Shown: one piece after another, positions 34,919 to 44,485 of the stretch | Layout: the number at the start of each line of letters is the position of its first letter | How positions within the stretch are numbered: the stretch's first letter is position 1 | Source: a phage | DNA: 64,000 nt | Reading direction: 5' to 3' (one strand) | NCBI GenBank assembly: GCA_023732985.1 | Contig: GCA_023732985.1_3946.1 | Position numbers and translations under genes: made by a program | Notes under the pieces: model-generated | The model's input: the letters and a program-made list of their open reading frames with translations, nothing else | What the model was told of the DNA's origin: nothing | Database searches by the model: none

Positions 34919-35351
34919 ACTTGTTGTCTTTGTTTTTAATGAGGTCTTCTTTTGTTACAAAGAATGTAAGCCCACATAAGTGTGTATGGTGGCTATCATA
35001 CTCAAATACTTTAAGTAAGTATTCACCGTCATCATAAACATGCTCTACTACACCTTTTGCAACAACCTTTCCAGTCTTGAAATCTTTAAGTGGGTATACA
35101 TTTCCAACTTTAGGGACTGTTTTCATCTCAGGTTCTTTTAGTTTCTCACCAGCTTCTACATCACCTAGAAGATGAGAACTTTCAAAAGCTACATATTGCA
35201 TATAAGCCTCTGAGCATTCCCAGATAAAACAATGTACAAGAGCCTTAGCAGCATGTCTTGAACAATTCAACTTATCGCAAATCTCTTTGTACATTTCATC
35301 TTTAGTTGAGTTGTCAAGCATTGCTTTTCGAACTGTTTCTTTAACTTTCAT
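34887..35351 (-). CDS. hypothetical protein
   Basis: minus-strand ORF in operon context. Confidence 0.5.
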   Translation of the reverse strand: MKVKETVRKAMLDNSTKDEMYKEICDKLNCSRHAAKALVHCFIWECSEAYMQYVAFESSHLLGDVEAGEKLKEPEMKTVPKVGNVYPLKDFKTGKVVAKGVVEHVYDDGEYLLKVFEYDSHHTHLCGLTFFVTKEDLIKNKDNKFAVPDYQVLR

Positions 35352-35769
35352 AAGCTCTCCGAATAACCCTATTAAGCATCTCTAAAGTCAGCTTTCCAGA
35401 TTCTAAATGTGGCATAACAAGCTTTAAAGCTTTTTCAACATCATGCACAACATCTATTATACCTTCTGCATAGGCTTCCACAAGGATATCTTTTACGTTT
35501 TGTGGATTACCTTTTTGTGGTATCACTAGACGCATATCAAACTCATTTGCTTGAGGATGGTTCTTACCACGCCAGAAACCGTCCTTATCAAAGCTTATAA
35601 AGTTATCCTCATTAAAATTAATACCACAAACCTCAAATTTGTCTAGCACTATGCAGTTGAGAGGATAAAAATCACTCATATCACTAATTCCAAGAAACTT
35701 AACAGTAGCTATATAACTCTGTGTCTTTGCATCTACAATGTCAAGCTCTTTACCTACATGCTCTTTCAT
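35341..35769 (-). CDS. hypothetical protein
   Basis: minus-strand ORF in operon context. Confidence 0.5.
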   Translation of the reverse strand: MKEHVGKELDIVDAKTQSYIATVKFLGISDMSDFYPLNCIVLDKFEVCGINFNEDNFISFDKDGFWRGKNHPQANEFDMRLVIPQKGNPQNVKDILVEAYAEGIIDVVHDVEKALKLVMPHLESGKLTLEMLNRVIRRAYES

Positions 35770-35822
35770 TTCGCTACCTTCTAAGTTCCTACAAAGGGGC
35801 TATCAAGTAACCCCTCAAGTTA

Positions 35823-36047
35823 TTACTCAGACTTTTCAGTCTTCTTGTCGGATTTCTTACTAGTCTTCTTCTCAGCTTTCTGCTCAGGTTCCTTCTCAGA
35901 AGTTGACTTGATAACCATATCAAGAAGTTCTGATAAGTCACTCTTCAGCAAAGTAACAGGCTGCTCATTATAGAAGTTTTTGTCAAGATAAACTTTAAAC
36001 TCTTCTATAGAAGGAAATCCAAAAATTGGTACAGGTGTCTTAATCAT
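35823..36047 (-). CDS. small hypothetical protein with Lys/Glu-rich C-terminus
   Basis: minus-strand ORF. Confidence 0.45.
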   Translation of the reverse strand: MIKTPVPIFGFPSIEEFKVYLDKNFYNEQPVTLLKSDLSELLDMVIKSTSEKEPEQKAEKKTSKKSDKKTEKSE

Positions 36048-36123
36048 TACTTAGTTTCTCCATAGGCATCTCTTAAGATTGCCTTGTTAATCATTTCAGC
36101 GATTGCAAAACGAACACATACAG

Positions 36124-36657
36124 CTATAATTGTAGGTTGCATTCTTTACTTACCTCTTCAAGTTTAACCTCAGAGTCCTTAAGTCGTTTCTTATGAACTC
36201 TGAACCTCATTAGTGAGATGATGATACCAGCTAAAGGAACAGTATACAAGTACCAAACATCATATACCTTTGCAGTAATCTGTGTAATGGTCAAGTCTTG
36301 AGCTATGGAACTGATTGCTGATACTGCCAGTAATGTTGCTAAGAAAAATGCCAGTACCATTACCGTACTTAAACAACCTCTGGCATGGTGTTCATGCTTA
36401 ATGCACTTATTCTTTTCGTCAACAACCCTGTTGTAGTCGTTTGTAAAGTCTCTGTAGAAAGCTTTCAAGTATTCTTTATTGTAGCCTTCAAAGCAACCTG
36501 TACCATACCAATAATCACCACCGAAATGTGCTATGATACCAGTTTCTCCGTTTGGTTTAGTTACTCTCAAAGATGTGTGATGACGAGTATCTTGATAGTC
36601 TATTTTGTATCTTTCTTCGTAAATCATTTTCCAACCCCTCTCAATCGTTTGTTCCAC
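36124..36657 (-). CDS. hypothetical membrane protein
   Basis: C-terminal hydrophobic helices (VMVLAFFLATLLAVSAISSIA...). Confidence 0.5.
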   Translation of the reverse strand: MEQTIERGWKMIYEERYKIDYQDTRHHTSLRVTKPNGETGIIAHFGGDYWYGTGCFEGYNKEYLKAFYRDFTNDYNRVVDEKNKCIKHEHHARGCLSTVMVLAFFLATLLAVSAISSIAQDLTITQITAKVYDVWYLYTVPLAGIIISLMRFRVHKKRLKDSEVKLEEVSKECNLQL

Positions 36658-36842
36658 TCAAGGTCAACAAGTCTTTGTAGGACTTTCCCTCTAGGTGTTA
36701 CACCTTTTAAATCCGCATCGTAACAATGGTAAAAGTCACCTTCAGCGTGTTTACCATAGCATTTCCTGATATTCTGACTTCTACGATACTGCTCTAGTAG
36801 GGATAGTCTGTAGTAATCTTCAACTGTAGTTAGTTTTTTCAT
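36624..36842 (-). CDS. hypothetical protein
   Basis: minus-strand ORF. Confidence 0.45.
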   Translation of the reverse strand: MKKLTTVEDYYRLSLLEQYRRSQNIRKCYGKHAEGDFYHCYDADLKGVTPRGKVLQRLVDLEWNKRLRGVGK

Positions 36843-36926
36843 TCTTTCACCACGAATCCTTTTAAGAAACTAAAAAAGGGAACTACCTCTCGATAGCTCC
36901 CATCATAGTTAACATTGTATACTCGG

Positions 36927-37508
36927 TCAAGAGTATTTTTTAGGCAGTAATGCACTACGCTTGTTGCTCTCTTCGCTCAATAGTGCGATAAACTCATCAC
37001 CTTTCCCTTTCCACGGGCTGAATGTAGGGATGTGCTCTCTGATAGCCTCAATCACTGTTTTCAGGGCGTTGTTCTTTAACCACCAATCAGACACTGCCGA
37101 AGCTACAATATAGTAAGCACCGTCATCTGTGAAGATTGGCTCAGAGATACATGGTGAAATCATAGTGGTAATGATAGAGCCATTATTCATGTAGTATGTT
37201 CTTTTTTCAACCTTGTCAAGAAGTTTATGAAGGTCTGCAAAGAGACTTACCACCTCTTTATGGTCAATATCCTTTTCAAGACTTGCCCTGTATTTCAATA
37301 GTGCAGCATCAACCTCTTTATCATTGAATTTGAAGTATTGGACTTCTTCATTCACACATACACTGATATTGTTGGTGTTTATCGTCAATTTGCACAGTTT
37401 GACTGGAGAGTTGATGTTGGTCTGGAAAAGTGCTACACAGCCTTCTACATTTCCGAAATGTTTTACTAATGTAACTTCTGGTTGGATATGCTCATGTTCT
37501 TCTGACAT
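36927..37508 (-). CDS. hypothetical protein
   Basis: minus-strand ORF. Confidence 0.5.
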   Translation of the reverse strand: MSEEHEHIQPEVTLVKHFGNVEGCVALFQTNINSPVKLCKLTINTNNISVCVNEEVQYFKFNDKEVDAALLKYRASLEKDIDHKEVVSLFADLHKLLDKVEKRTYYMNNGSIITTMISPCISEPIFTDDGAYYIVASAVSDWWLKNNALKTVIEAIREHIPTFSPWKGKGDEFIALLSEESNKRSALLPKKYS

Positions 37509-37852
37509 TACAGTTTCCTCATTAAATACTTTTTAAGTTGTGTGTTAGGTTTCTCAAAAACTTCTATAGAAGATATCTTAACAGACTCACCACGCATACC
37601 AGTATGTTTGAATATGTAGTACTCTAACATACCTATGTACTTTGCTGGTAAGTCATGCTTGACATATACCGTCACAGAATCTTCAAATTCAACAACCTTT
37701 GTACCATCTTTGTAGTTAAACTCTTTAGGATGGTTGTAGTTGTCTATATCGTACATTAAAAAGAGTCTTTTACGTTGTAAGTCAAGCTTATTTGTTAAAG
37801 ACTCTTTAATATCTGAGAAGTTTTTGTACACTGTGACATGGAGCTTACTCAT
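37508..37852 (-). CDS. hypothetical protein
   Basis: minus-strand ORF with start/stop overlap. Confidence 0.5.
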   Translation of the reverse strand: MSKLHVTVYKNFSDIKESLTNKLDLQRKRLFLMYDIDNYNHPKEFNYKDGTKVVEFEDSVTVYVKHDLPAKYIGMLEYYIFKHTGMRGESVKISSIEVFEKPNTQLKKYLMRKL

Positions 37853-38138
37853 CGTTAAACTCTCTGACGAAGAAATAGTTGACTTTGTTATTACCTACCA
37901 TAAGGTCAAAGCAGGTATTTTCAAAAGGTTTGTTGTAGGCATCGTATGAAATATATGGGTCAGCTACTTGCTTAGTGCTTAACTTCTTACTTGATGGATT
38001 TAAGAGGCCACCATACAGCTTCTTGATAGCCTCTTCTACAACAGACCAGATAATTTCGTCAGTAATTTCTTCGTACAGGTCAAGTTCACGCTCTAGTGAG
38101 AAGTCACAAATAGGGAAAACAACCTGTACTTTACTCAT
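37845..38138 (-). CDS. hypothetical protein
   Basis: minus-strand ORF. Confidence 0.5.
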   Translation of the reverse strand: MSKVQVVFPICDFSLERELDLYEEITDEIIWSVVEEAIKKLYGGLLNPSSKKLSTKQVADPYISYDAYNKPFENTCFDLMVGNNKVNYFFVREFNDE

Positions 38139-38536
38139 TAACGAATAACCTGTGAAACTTGAATTGCTTCAGTTACAGACAAATCACCAACTTTCTCTTC
38201 TTTGATGAAAGTAAAGGTGAGTTCAACAGGTTCTTGCTCTTCTTGCTCAACTGGAACACCATTAAGCTCATCAAAGATTGATTGGGTTGTCCAATCTTCA
38301 CCACCATCTGGGTAGTGGATTGCGTAAAGAGGGAACTCCCTGTCAAACCAACCAAATACAGGACAACCATCTTCATCATCTCGTACTCGATGAAGTGTGC
38401 TTCCAGACCCTGTAAACTGAAGGAATAAATCTCCGTTGCACTTGTATATTACTGCATCGGCAAAACCTATATCTTCTCGACCATCATGGCCAAACGTGTC
38501 AACTTTTACTTGGATATCTCTAACATCTTTATTCAT
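38138..38536 (-). CDS. hypothetical protein
   Basis: minus-strand ORF. Confidence 0.5.
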   Translation of the reverse strand: MNKDVRDIQVKVDTFGHDGREDIGFADAVIYKCNGDLFLQFTGSGSTLHRVRDDEDGCPVFGWFDREFPLYAIHYPDGGEDWTTQSIFDELNGVPVEQEEQEPVELTFTFIKEEKVGDLSVTEAIQVSQVIR

Positions 38537-38927
38537 AAAAACCTCTCTCTGCTTGTTCGATTTTTGCTCTTAAAGTTTCGCAATGATGTAGATGGTAGTT
38601 AGCTTCTTGTTCATGTGTTGCTAACTGCCTTTCCAGAACAGTTTTATAGTAACCTGCAAGTTGCTCTTTTGTCAATGGGTGCTCTGAAATAATATCAAGT
38701 CCACTTTCACCAAGAGGGTTGAATTGTCCATGTTCATTGACATTGTAAGTCTCAAACTTGAACAGGCCATTGTTCACAGACTCAATAGGTGACAGTTCAA
38801 CAAGTTCTACAGTAAACCGTGTATACACCTTGTCACCTCTTGAAACCACATTGCTTCCAATGATGCGTACAAGTGAACCATTACGAGTGTATTTAAAAGT
38901 CCCAAAATCACTAGCCCAAAGCTTCAT
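38529..38927 (-). CDS. hypothetical protein
   Basis: minus-strand ORF. Confidence 0.5.
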   Translation of the reverse strand: MKLWASDFGTFKYTRNGSLVRIIGSNVVSRGDKVYTRFTVELVELSPIESVNNGLFKFETYNVNEHGQFNPLGESGLDIISEHPLTKEQLAGYYKTVLERQLATHEQEANYHLHHCETLRAKIEQAERGFYE

Positions 38928-38978
38928 AGTTTTCTCCTTAGAAAATAAAAAAGGCTCCCGAAGGAGCCTATGAAGATA

Positions 38979-39443
38979 TTACTTTGGATATACACTGTCA
39001 AGATAAATGTCAGCTTCCATTCTACGTCTGTTTTTCAGGCCGTTTGAAGTGACCTTCTTACCTTTTACTGTAACCTTGTTCCACCACTGCATAGCTTCTG
39101 CACAACCGACCTTATTACCAGCATTGTGGCGCTTGATAAATGTGGAATCCTGCATAGCTGTGATACCGATGTTGTATGTTTCACTTACAAGTGCATCGAA
39201 CTCATTCTGAGAAGTTGGAACCTTGATGGCTTTGTTCACTGCTGCAACGAACTTTTCAACATCTGCAAGAAGATACTGTTCAGCTTGTTCAGCGGTAATC
39301 TTCATACCCATCTTAACAGGCTTCCCACCAATACGAATTGTCCCATACCCAATTGTGGGGATTCCAGCAGAATCTTCGTAAGCCTCAAGCTTAAGACCTT
39401 CAAAGAACTTAATAGCTTCTAAACCTTTTCTTGAGAGTTGCAT
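38979..39443 (-). CDS. phage lysozyme (T4 lysozyme-like endolysin)
   Basis: N-terminal LEAIKFFEGLKLEAYEDSAGIPTIGYGT, the catalytic Glu and TIGYG motif of phage lysozymes. Confidence 0.8.
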   Translation of the reverse strand: MQLSRKGLEAIKFFEGLKLEAYEDSAGIPTIGYGTIRIGGKPVKMGMKITAEQAEQYLLADVEKFVAAVNKAIKVPTSQNEFDALVSETYNIGITAMQDSTFIKRHNAGNKVGCAEAMQWWNKVTVKGKKVTSNGLKNRRRMEADIYLDSVYPK

Positions 39444-40327
39444 TATGCCTCCCCTGCTGGGTTAACAGTAACTGTTGCAGCATTAGACGTTACAGAACCA
39501 CCTGCACCAGTCACTACACAGGTGTAGCTTCCTGAATCAGCAGCGGTTGCACCTTCTTTGGTGTAAGTTGCAGTAGTTGCATCGAGGATGTCTTCCTCAC
39601 CTTTCTTCCACTGGTAACCTGTCGCACCTGTTGCCACAACATTCAGCGTTAAGGTTTCACCTTCAGTGATTTCTTGATTGGTTGGCTGTTGAGTGATTAC
39701 TGGAAGTGCATTCACAGTCACTGTTGCTGCATCTGAGGTAACACTTGTTCCACCCTCTCCAGATACAACACAAGTGTATGAACCAGCATCAGAAGGTGCT
39801 ACTGACTGTTTTGTGTAAGTTGCAGAATTGGCACTAGGGATATCCTCACCATCCTTCTTCCACTGATACCCAGTGGCGTTAGTTGCTAGAATGCTTAGGG
39901 TAAGTGTGCCACCCTCATTGACTGTTTGACCTGTTGGTTGCTGAGTAATTGCTGGTGGCTTGATAGCATCCTTCAGCTTAGCATTCAACATTGAGAACGG
40001 CTTAACTCTTGCCAACCATTCACAGTAAATAGTGTCAACATCTTTACCATTGATGATTGCATACTGCAAATCCATGAAGAAATCAGCAGTTCTCATCTGT
40101 GCACCAACACTGTAAAGGAGTTCATCACTAAAAGGAACTTTATAGTCTGGTTTATAGTCAAACTTCTCAACTTCTGCAATATCAGCTTCAGGCCAATACG
40201 AGCTATAGGTAAGTGGTAAAATAGCCTCTTGATATGTTCTAAAATCATATCTCTTACCAGCCTTTACGTTTGCAATGAAGCCCTTCACAAACTCTTTGAA
40301 GTCTGGGTAAGTCTTTGCTTTAATCAT
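39443..40327 (-). CDS. protein with two tandem Ig-like repeats
   Basis: two ~85 aa repeats (ITQQPT...ATGYQWKK...SYTCVV...ATVTVN); N-terminal domain is paralogous to the next ORF. Confidence 0.6.
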   Translation of the reverse strand: MIKAKTYPDFKEFVKGFIANVKAGKRYDFRTYQEAILPLTYSSYWPEADIAEVEKFDYKPDYKVPFSDELLYSVGAQMRTADFFMDLQYAIINGKDVDTIYCEWLARVKPFSMLNAKLKDAIKPPAITQQPTGQTVNEGGTLTLSILATNATGYQWKKDGEDIPSANSATYTKQSVAPSDAGSYTCVVSGEGGTSVTSDAATVTVNALPVITQQPTNQEITEGETLTLNVVATGATGYQWKKGEEDILDATTATYTKEGATAADSGSYTCVVTGAGGSVTSNAATVTVNPAGEA

Positions 40328-40695
40328 TTCTTTTCAGCCTCTAAATGTGCGTTTAGTCTAAAATAACCTTTGTGGTGTGGAGATACATCACCAACAACAA
40401 TGCCTTTAACCTTATAACCTTTACCAATTACATACTGAATATCCATAAGGAATCTCCCAAGACCAACAATATGGAACATTGGATATAATAGGTTCTCAGA
40501 GTCTGGAATATTGATTTCAGGTTTGTAGGTGTGTTGTTTGCTTGTTGGTGTAATATCTTCTTCAGGCCATTTACTGAGTCTCCATGTCAAAGGTGTTGGG
40601 ATAACATCATTAAGGTTGTACCTTTCACCATTTTGCACGGAATTGATATAGGATTGTAGGAAGCAATAAAAGTCTTTTGCACTCTTAGCTTTCAT
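40324..40695 (-). CDS. hypothetical protein, paralog of the N-terminal domain of the Ig-repeat protein
   Basis: shared MIKAK/MKAKS start, YKP, FLMDIQYVI / FFMDLQYAI segments. Confidence 0.5.
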   Translation of the reverse strand: MKAKSAKDFYCFLQSYINSVQNGERYNLNDVIPTPLTWRLSKWPEEDITPTSKQHTYKPEINIPDSENLLYPMFHIVGLGRFLMDIQYVIGKGYKVKGIVVGDVSPHHKGYFRLNAHLEAEKK

Positions 40696-40742
40696 TAAAT
40701 ATCCTTATAAATAGTTAAAGGGGCTGATGCCCCTATTCACAC

Positions 40743-41333
40743 TTAAGCTTTGGTCTTAAGTAGGTTTTTAAGTTTTTTAAGATTCATACTCTCATCAAAC
40801 TTAAAACCAAATCCATTGACATAATCAATGAACTCGGATTTCTTACTGAGTGACAATGCGTAACTCATATCGAAGTTCTTACTTGTTTCTGCGTCTGGAC
40901 TAGAGTTCACATCAAATGAAATTTCTGTAGGTTCTTGCTTACTTTTTCTCATATTATCAACCAACAAACATGTATAGTTTGCTGGATAGAAGTTTACACT
41001 ACCATCAACGTATCTGTACTTATTATTATGGATAAGGTTTGAAAATACCTTAAGAAATGTTTCTGAGTCGTGGCAAACAAGTTTGAATTGGCTGCTCTCT
41101 CCAAGCGCAACTAATGAGTACGGACTTTCACTATCAAAGTCATAATTTGGATTCGATGGCGTCACTGTTACACGCATCAAGTTATTAGCGATAGTCTTCT
41201 GTTTAAAAGAATTTTGAACATAGTGAAGACCTCTATCACACTGATTGACTAGCTCTTTAAGTAGGTCATTTGCATATGGTGAATTAATTGATACAGAGCC
41301 ATCACTATTGTAATTAAAACTTACTGTTAACAT
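40743..41333 (-). CDS. hypothetical protein
   Basis: minus-strand ORF. Confidence 0.5.
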   Translation of the reverse strand: MLTVSFNYNSDGSVSINSPYANDLLKELVNQCDRGLHYVQNSFKQKTIANNLMRVTVTPSNPNYDFDSESPYSLVALGESSQFKLVCHDSETFLKVFSNLIHNNKYRYVDGSVNFYPANYTCLLVDNMRKSKQEPTEISFDVNSSPDAETSKNFDMSYALSLSKKSEFIDYVNGFGFKFDESMNLKKLKNLLKTKA

Positions 41334-41560
41334 TTTTCAGTTCTCCTGCGATTTATAATTTTGCTGCAATAGAGAAACGAAGTAAACTCACTGGAAGAAA
41401 CCATTAAGTGTTGTTCACTAGATTGAGCCATTGCCCTGAAATACATTCCAGTCAAAGCATCATAGTGACTATTCTTTCCAATTGAGGTTATATAGCCATG
41501 ACTCTTTGCAGTTTGATATAAATCTATAATATCTGCGATTTCTAATTGGGAACTACACAT
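41327..41560 (-). CDS. hypothetical protein
   Basis: minus-strand ORF. Confidence 0.45.
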   Translation of the reverse strand: MCSSQLEIADIIDLYQTAKSHGYITSIGKNSHYDALTGMYFRAMAQSSEQHLMVSSSEFTSFLYCSKIINRRRTEKC

Positions 41561-41724
41561 AGATAATCCTCTTGTCTTCTGTAATTTTGAAAGAACAGGT
41601 ACAGACCAATTTCAGAGGATGAATAGTAGATTAACTCTACCCTTTTTGATTCCTTACAGTGATTGGTATTCTTACCTTTCTTCGGTTTATTTGATTTTCT
41701 CATTAAGTCTCCTTTGTAGAACAA
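41542..41724 (-). CDS. small basic hypothetical protein
   Basis: minus-strand ORF at the divergent junction. Confidence 0.4.
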   Translation of the reverse strand: MFYKGDLMRKSNKPKKGKNTNHCKESKRVELIYYSSSEIGLYLFFQNYRRQEDYLCVVPN

Positions 41725-41952
41725 GGCAGACCTACAGCTTTAAGTAAGATGGTACAGTAATCCATACAACAAGTCAAGAACTATTGCAAGTTAAAAAAGT
41801 TGTTGACAAAGTACTTGACAAGGTGTAGGCTTATAAATACTTAGAAGATAACTTAAAAGGTTCCTCTAAAAAGGCTATTTAAACAGATATCTTTCTGGAT
41901 ATCTATCTTTTATCTTAAAAGCCTTTTAAGAGGTCTTATAAGAGGCATACCA

Positions 41953-42324
41953 ATGAAAAACAGAACAAACAAAGGCCAGTTTAAAAAAGGCCAGTCTGGA
42001 AACCCATCTGGAAGACCAAAAGGCTCTCGTAACAAAAGCTCACTTGTAAAAGCTCAACTGACCATTGATAATTCTGCTGAGTTTGCTGCAAAGTTGTTTG
42101 AAGCAATTGTTACAAGGGATGCTGCTAAGCTTGCAGAGTTCGGGTTAAACACAGACGACGTAACCATCAAGAGCATGATTGAGGTCGGTAAAACTATCAT
42201 GACTCACTCAGCAGGTGAGATGAAAGCCATTGCAGCAGACACTAAGAAGACTCCTGATAACGGTGGTCAGTCTCAGACAGATAACAAACCAACGTTCTCT
42301 GCTGTAGCAACTCTTAAAAAATAA
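41953..42324 (+). CDS. hypothetical protein with N-terminal GQFKKGQSGNPSGRPKG motif
   Basis: Gly/Pro-rich basic N-terminal motif; function unknown. Confidence 0.55.
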   Translation: MKNRTNKGQFKKGQSGNPSGRPKGSRNKSSLVKAQLTIDNSAEFAAKLFEAIVTRDAAKLAEFGLNTDDVTIKSMIEVGKTIMTHSAGEMKAIAADTKKTPDNGGQSQTDNKPTFSAVATLKK

Positions 42325-42405
42325 TTTTAAAAGATGTTGACAGACTCTACAAAGTTGCTCTAAAGTCTGTCACATCAAACAACAAATGAGAGAAGAGAGT
42401 AAAAT

Positions 42406-43821
42406 ATGAGCGAATTATTTAAACATGCGCACCTTCATGCAGGTCGAACTGAAAATGGTGCTGTAAACCATACTTCATCAATGTCTGCTCTTGTAGACTT
42501 TTACAAAGCTGCTGGTTCAAGCCGTAGCAACGTAGAAATCTTACCAGACCTGTTCTACAAAGCTTTGCGTGAGGATGTTGATGTTGCAGTTCGTATTTTA
42601 CTGCATATGCGAGATGTACGAGAAGGCATGGGTGAGCGTAAAGCCTTCAGAACTGTTTTGCTTCAAGCGATTGAAGACAAAGTTTTAGAGTCTACGCAGG
42701 TTCTTCGCATTATGGATAAGATTGCAGAACTTGGTCGTTTTGATGACTTCAAAATCTTCGTGGGTACTCGTTTCGAGACAGATGCCTTCAAGCATTTAGA
42801 AGCAGCATTACTAGACCCTGCAACAGCAGGTTTGGCAGCTAAGTGGTTACCACGAGTCAAACCACGTCATAAGCAGTTTGTAAAACGTTTCTGCAAGTTT
42901 GCCAACTTGAGTGAGAAAGAGTACCGCACACTATTGTCTGCACTATCTGATACAGTTGAGCAAAAAATCTCTGCTAATGAGTTTGGTAAGATTGACTACA
43001 GTAAGATTCCTTCACTTGCTGCTGCACGTTACCAAAAACTGTTTAACCGTAAAGATGGAGAGCGTTACAAAGCTTACATCGAGTCCTTATCAAAAGGTGA
43101 GACTAAGATTAACGCTGGTGCTGTTTACCCATACGATGTGATTAAATCTGTCAAGTGTGGTAATGCAGATGTTGCTAATGAGCAGTGGAAAGCACTACCA
43201 AACTGGATGGCAGAAGGTGAAAACATCTTGTGTATGTCTGATGTATCAAGTTCAATGTCTTGGGTGAATTTTGGCTCCATTACTGCTCTGGATATTGGCG
43301 TATCACTTGCCTTGTATGTAGCAGAACGCAATACAGGTTGCTTTAAGAATGAGTTGATGGTTTATTCGACAAACCCTCACTTCATCGAACTGAGTGGTGA
43401 TTTACGAAACCGTCATCGTCAGGTGATGCGACACGTTGAATATGGCTCAACTAACTTACAAGCAGCTTTTGACCGCATTCTTGAAACAGGTAAAAGAAAC
43501 AACTTGACTCATAAAGATATGCCAAGTAAGCTTATCATCTTCTCCGATATGGAGTTCAATCAGGTTGATGGAGCTAACGGTCGTACAAACTTTGAAGCAA
43601 TTCAGAGTAAGTACAAAAAAGCTGGATATGAGATGCCACAACTGGTATTCTGGTACTTAGCAAACCGTAATGGTACTTGCGAAGTATCTGTTAAGGATAA
43701 CGGTGTAGCAATGGTATCAGGGTTCTCTCCAGCCACTTTAAAAGCTCTGCTTGGTGGTGAGAAGTTTGACCCAATCAGTGTAATGCTCAAAGCAGTAATG
43801 ATTGACCGTTATATCTGGTAA
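42406..43821 (+). CDS. vWA-domain protein with MIDAS motif (possible Ro60-like RNA-binding protein)
   Basis: helical N-terminal ~280 aa then vWA region with DVSSSMS (DxSxS); Ro60-like assignment is inference. Confidence 0.6.
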   Translation: MSELFKHAHLHAGRTENGAVNHTSSMSALVDFYKAAGSSRSNVEILPDLFYKALREDVDVAVRILLHMRDVREGMGERKAFRTVLLQAIEDKVLESTQVLRIMDKIAELGRFDDFKIFVGTRFETDAFKHLEAALLDPATAGLAAKWLPRVKPRHKQFVKRFCKFANLSEKEYRTLLSALSDTVEQKISANEFGKIDYSKIPSLAAARYQKLFNRKDGERYKAYIESLSKGETKINAGAVYPYDVIKSVKCGNADVANEQWKALPNWMAEGENILCMSDVSSSMSWVNFGSITALDIGVSLALYVAERNTGCFKNELMVYSTNPHFIELSGDLRNRHRQVMRHVEYGSTNLQAAFDRILETGKRNNLTHKDMPSKLIIFSDMEFNQVDGANGRTNFEAIQSKYKKAGYEMPQLVFWYLANRNGTCEVSVKDNGVAMVSGFSPATLKALLGGEKFDPISVMLKAVMIDRYIW

Positions 43822-43839
43822 AAAGTTTTAAAAAGGGTA

Positions 43840-43868
43840 TTGACAATGTGTTTAATACCCTTTAATAT
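43840..43868 (+). promoter_or_regulatory. sigma70-like promoter upstream of the tRNA cluster
   Basis: TTGACA, 17 bp spacer, TAATAT. Confidence 0.5.
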
Positions 43869-43986
43869 GTTCTACATAGAAACGAAATGAGAGCTTTTCT
43901 AAGATACTGAAAAATATTTTAAAAAAGTTCTTGACAACCACTAAAAAATAATGTTAAAGTGGTTACATAGAGTTTGAAAAGTTTAT

Positions 43987-44060
43987 CTCTGTTTAGCTCA
44001 GCTTGGTAGAGCGTTCCGTTTGGGGCGGTAAGGCCGGAGGTTCAAGTCCTCCAACAGAGA
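43987..44060 (+). tRNA. tRNA-Pro (anticodon TGG)
   Basis: hand-folded cloverleaf; acceptor CTCTGTT/AACAGAG; anticodon loop TTTGGGG; CCA encoded. Confidence 0.6.
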
Positions 44061-44070
44061 CCAAATTAAT

Positions 44071-44145
44071 GTTCCAGTGGACAAAATGGTAAAGTCACCA
44101 CTCTTTCAAAGTGGATATTTGAGGGTTCAAATCCCTTCTGGAACG
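44071..44145 (+). tRNA. tRNA-Glu (anticodon TTC)
   Basis: acceptor GTTCCAG/CTGGAAC; anticodon stem CCACT/AGTGG, loop CTTTCAA. Confidence 0.7.
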
Positions 44146-44155
44146 CCAGTTTTGA

Positions 44156-44226
44156 CAGAAGACCAATTACAGCAAACTTAATCTTATTCATCTGAAGGTA
44201 AATCGGACAAAGAAGAGATTTGGTCT
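44156..44226 (+). ncRNA. tRNA-spacer hairpin element, copy 1
   Basis: CAGAAGACCAATTACAGCAAACTT ... TTGGTCTGG; closing stem AGACCAA/TTGGTCT. Confidence 0.4.
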
Positions 44227-44239
44227 GGTCATTAAGAAT

Positions 44240-44313
44240 TGCGGGTATAGAGAAAGGGCGTCTCACATGTCTCATTAGCATGGTATCGGCAGGTTCGACT
44301 CCTGCACCCGCCT
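44240..44313 (+). tRNA. tRNA-Met (anticodon CAT)
   Basis: T-arm GCAGG-TTCGACT-CCTGC; anticodon stem CATGT/GCATG, loop CTCATTA. Confidence 0.6.
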
Positions 44314-44329
44314 CCAAATTTACAGAAGA

Positions 44330-44384
44330 CCGTTTACAGCAATACTTATTAAATTTTTAGCGGAAAAATTGAAAGATACGGTCT
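44330..44384 (+). ncRNA. tRNA-spacer hairpin element, copy 2
   Basis: closing stem AGACCGT/ACGGTCT with conserved TTACAGCAA. Confidence 0.4.
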
Positions 44385-44399
44385 GGTAATACTAAACAT

Positions 44400-44472
44400 G
44401 GTTAGGAAGCACATAAGGTATGTGCGGTCGCCTGTTAAGCGAATGGCACAGGGTTCGAATCCCTGACTAACC
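44400..44472 (+). tRNA. tRNA-Asn (anticodon GTT)
   Basis: T-arm CAGGG-TTCGAAT-CCCTG; anticodon loop CTGTTAA. Confidence 0.6.
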
Positions 44473-44485
44473 GCCAAATTAAATG

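Noticed and set aside
36124-36657. Membrane protein considered as the holin
   Set aside because: 177 aa with a long soluble N-terminal region and about 2.3 kb from the lysozyme gene; no dual-start motif; not assigned.
44066-44317. 83 aa minus-strand ORF in the track
   Set aside because: Lies entirely across tRNA-Glu, a spacer hairpin and tRNA-Met on the opposite strand; no RBS; judged spurious.
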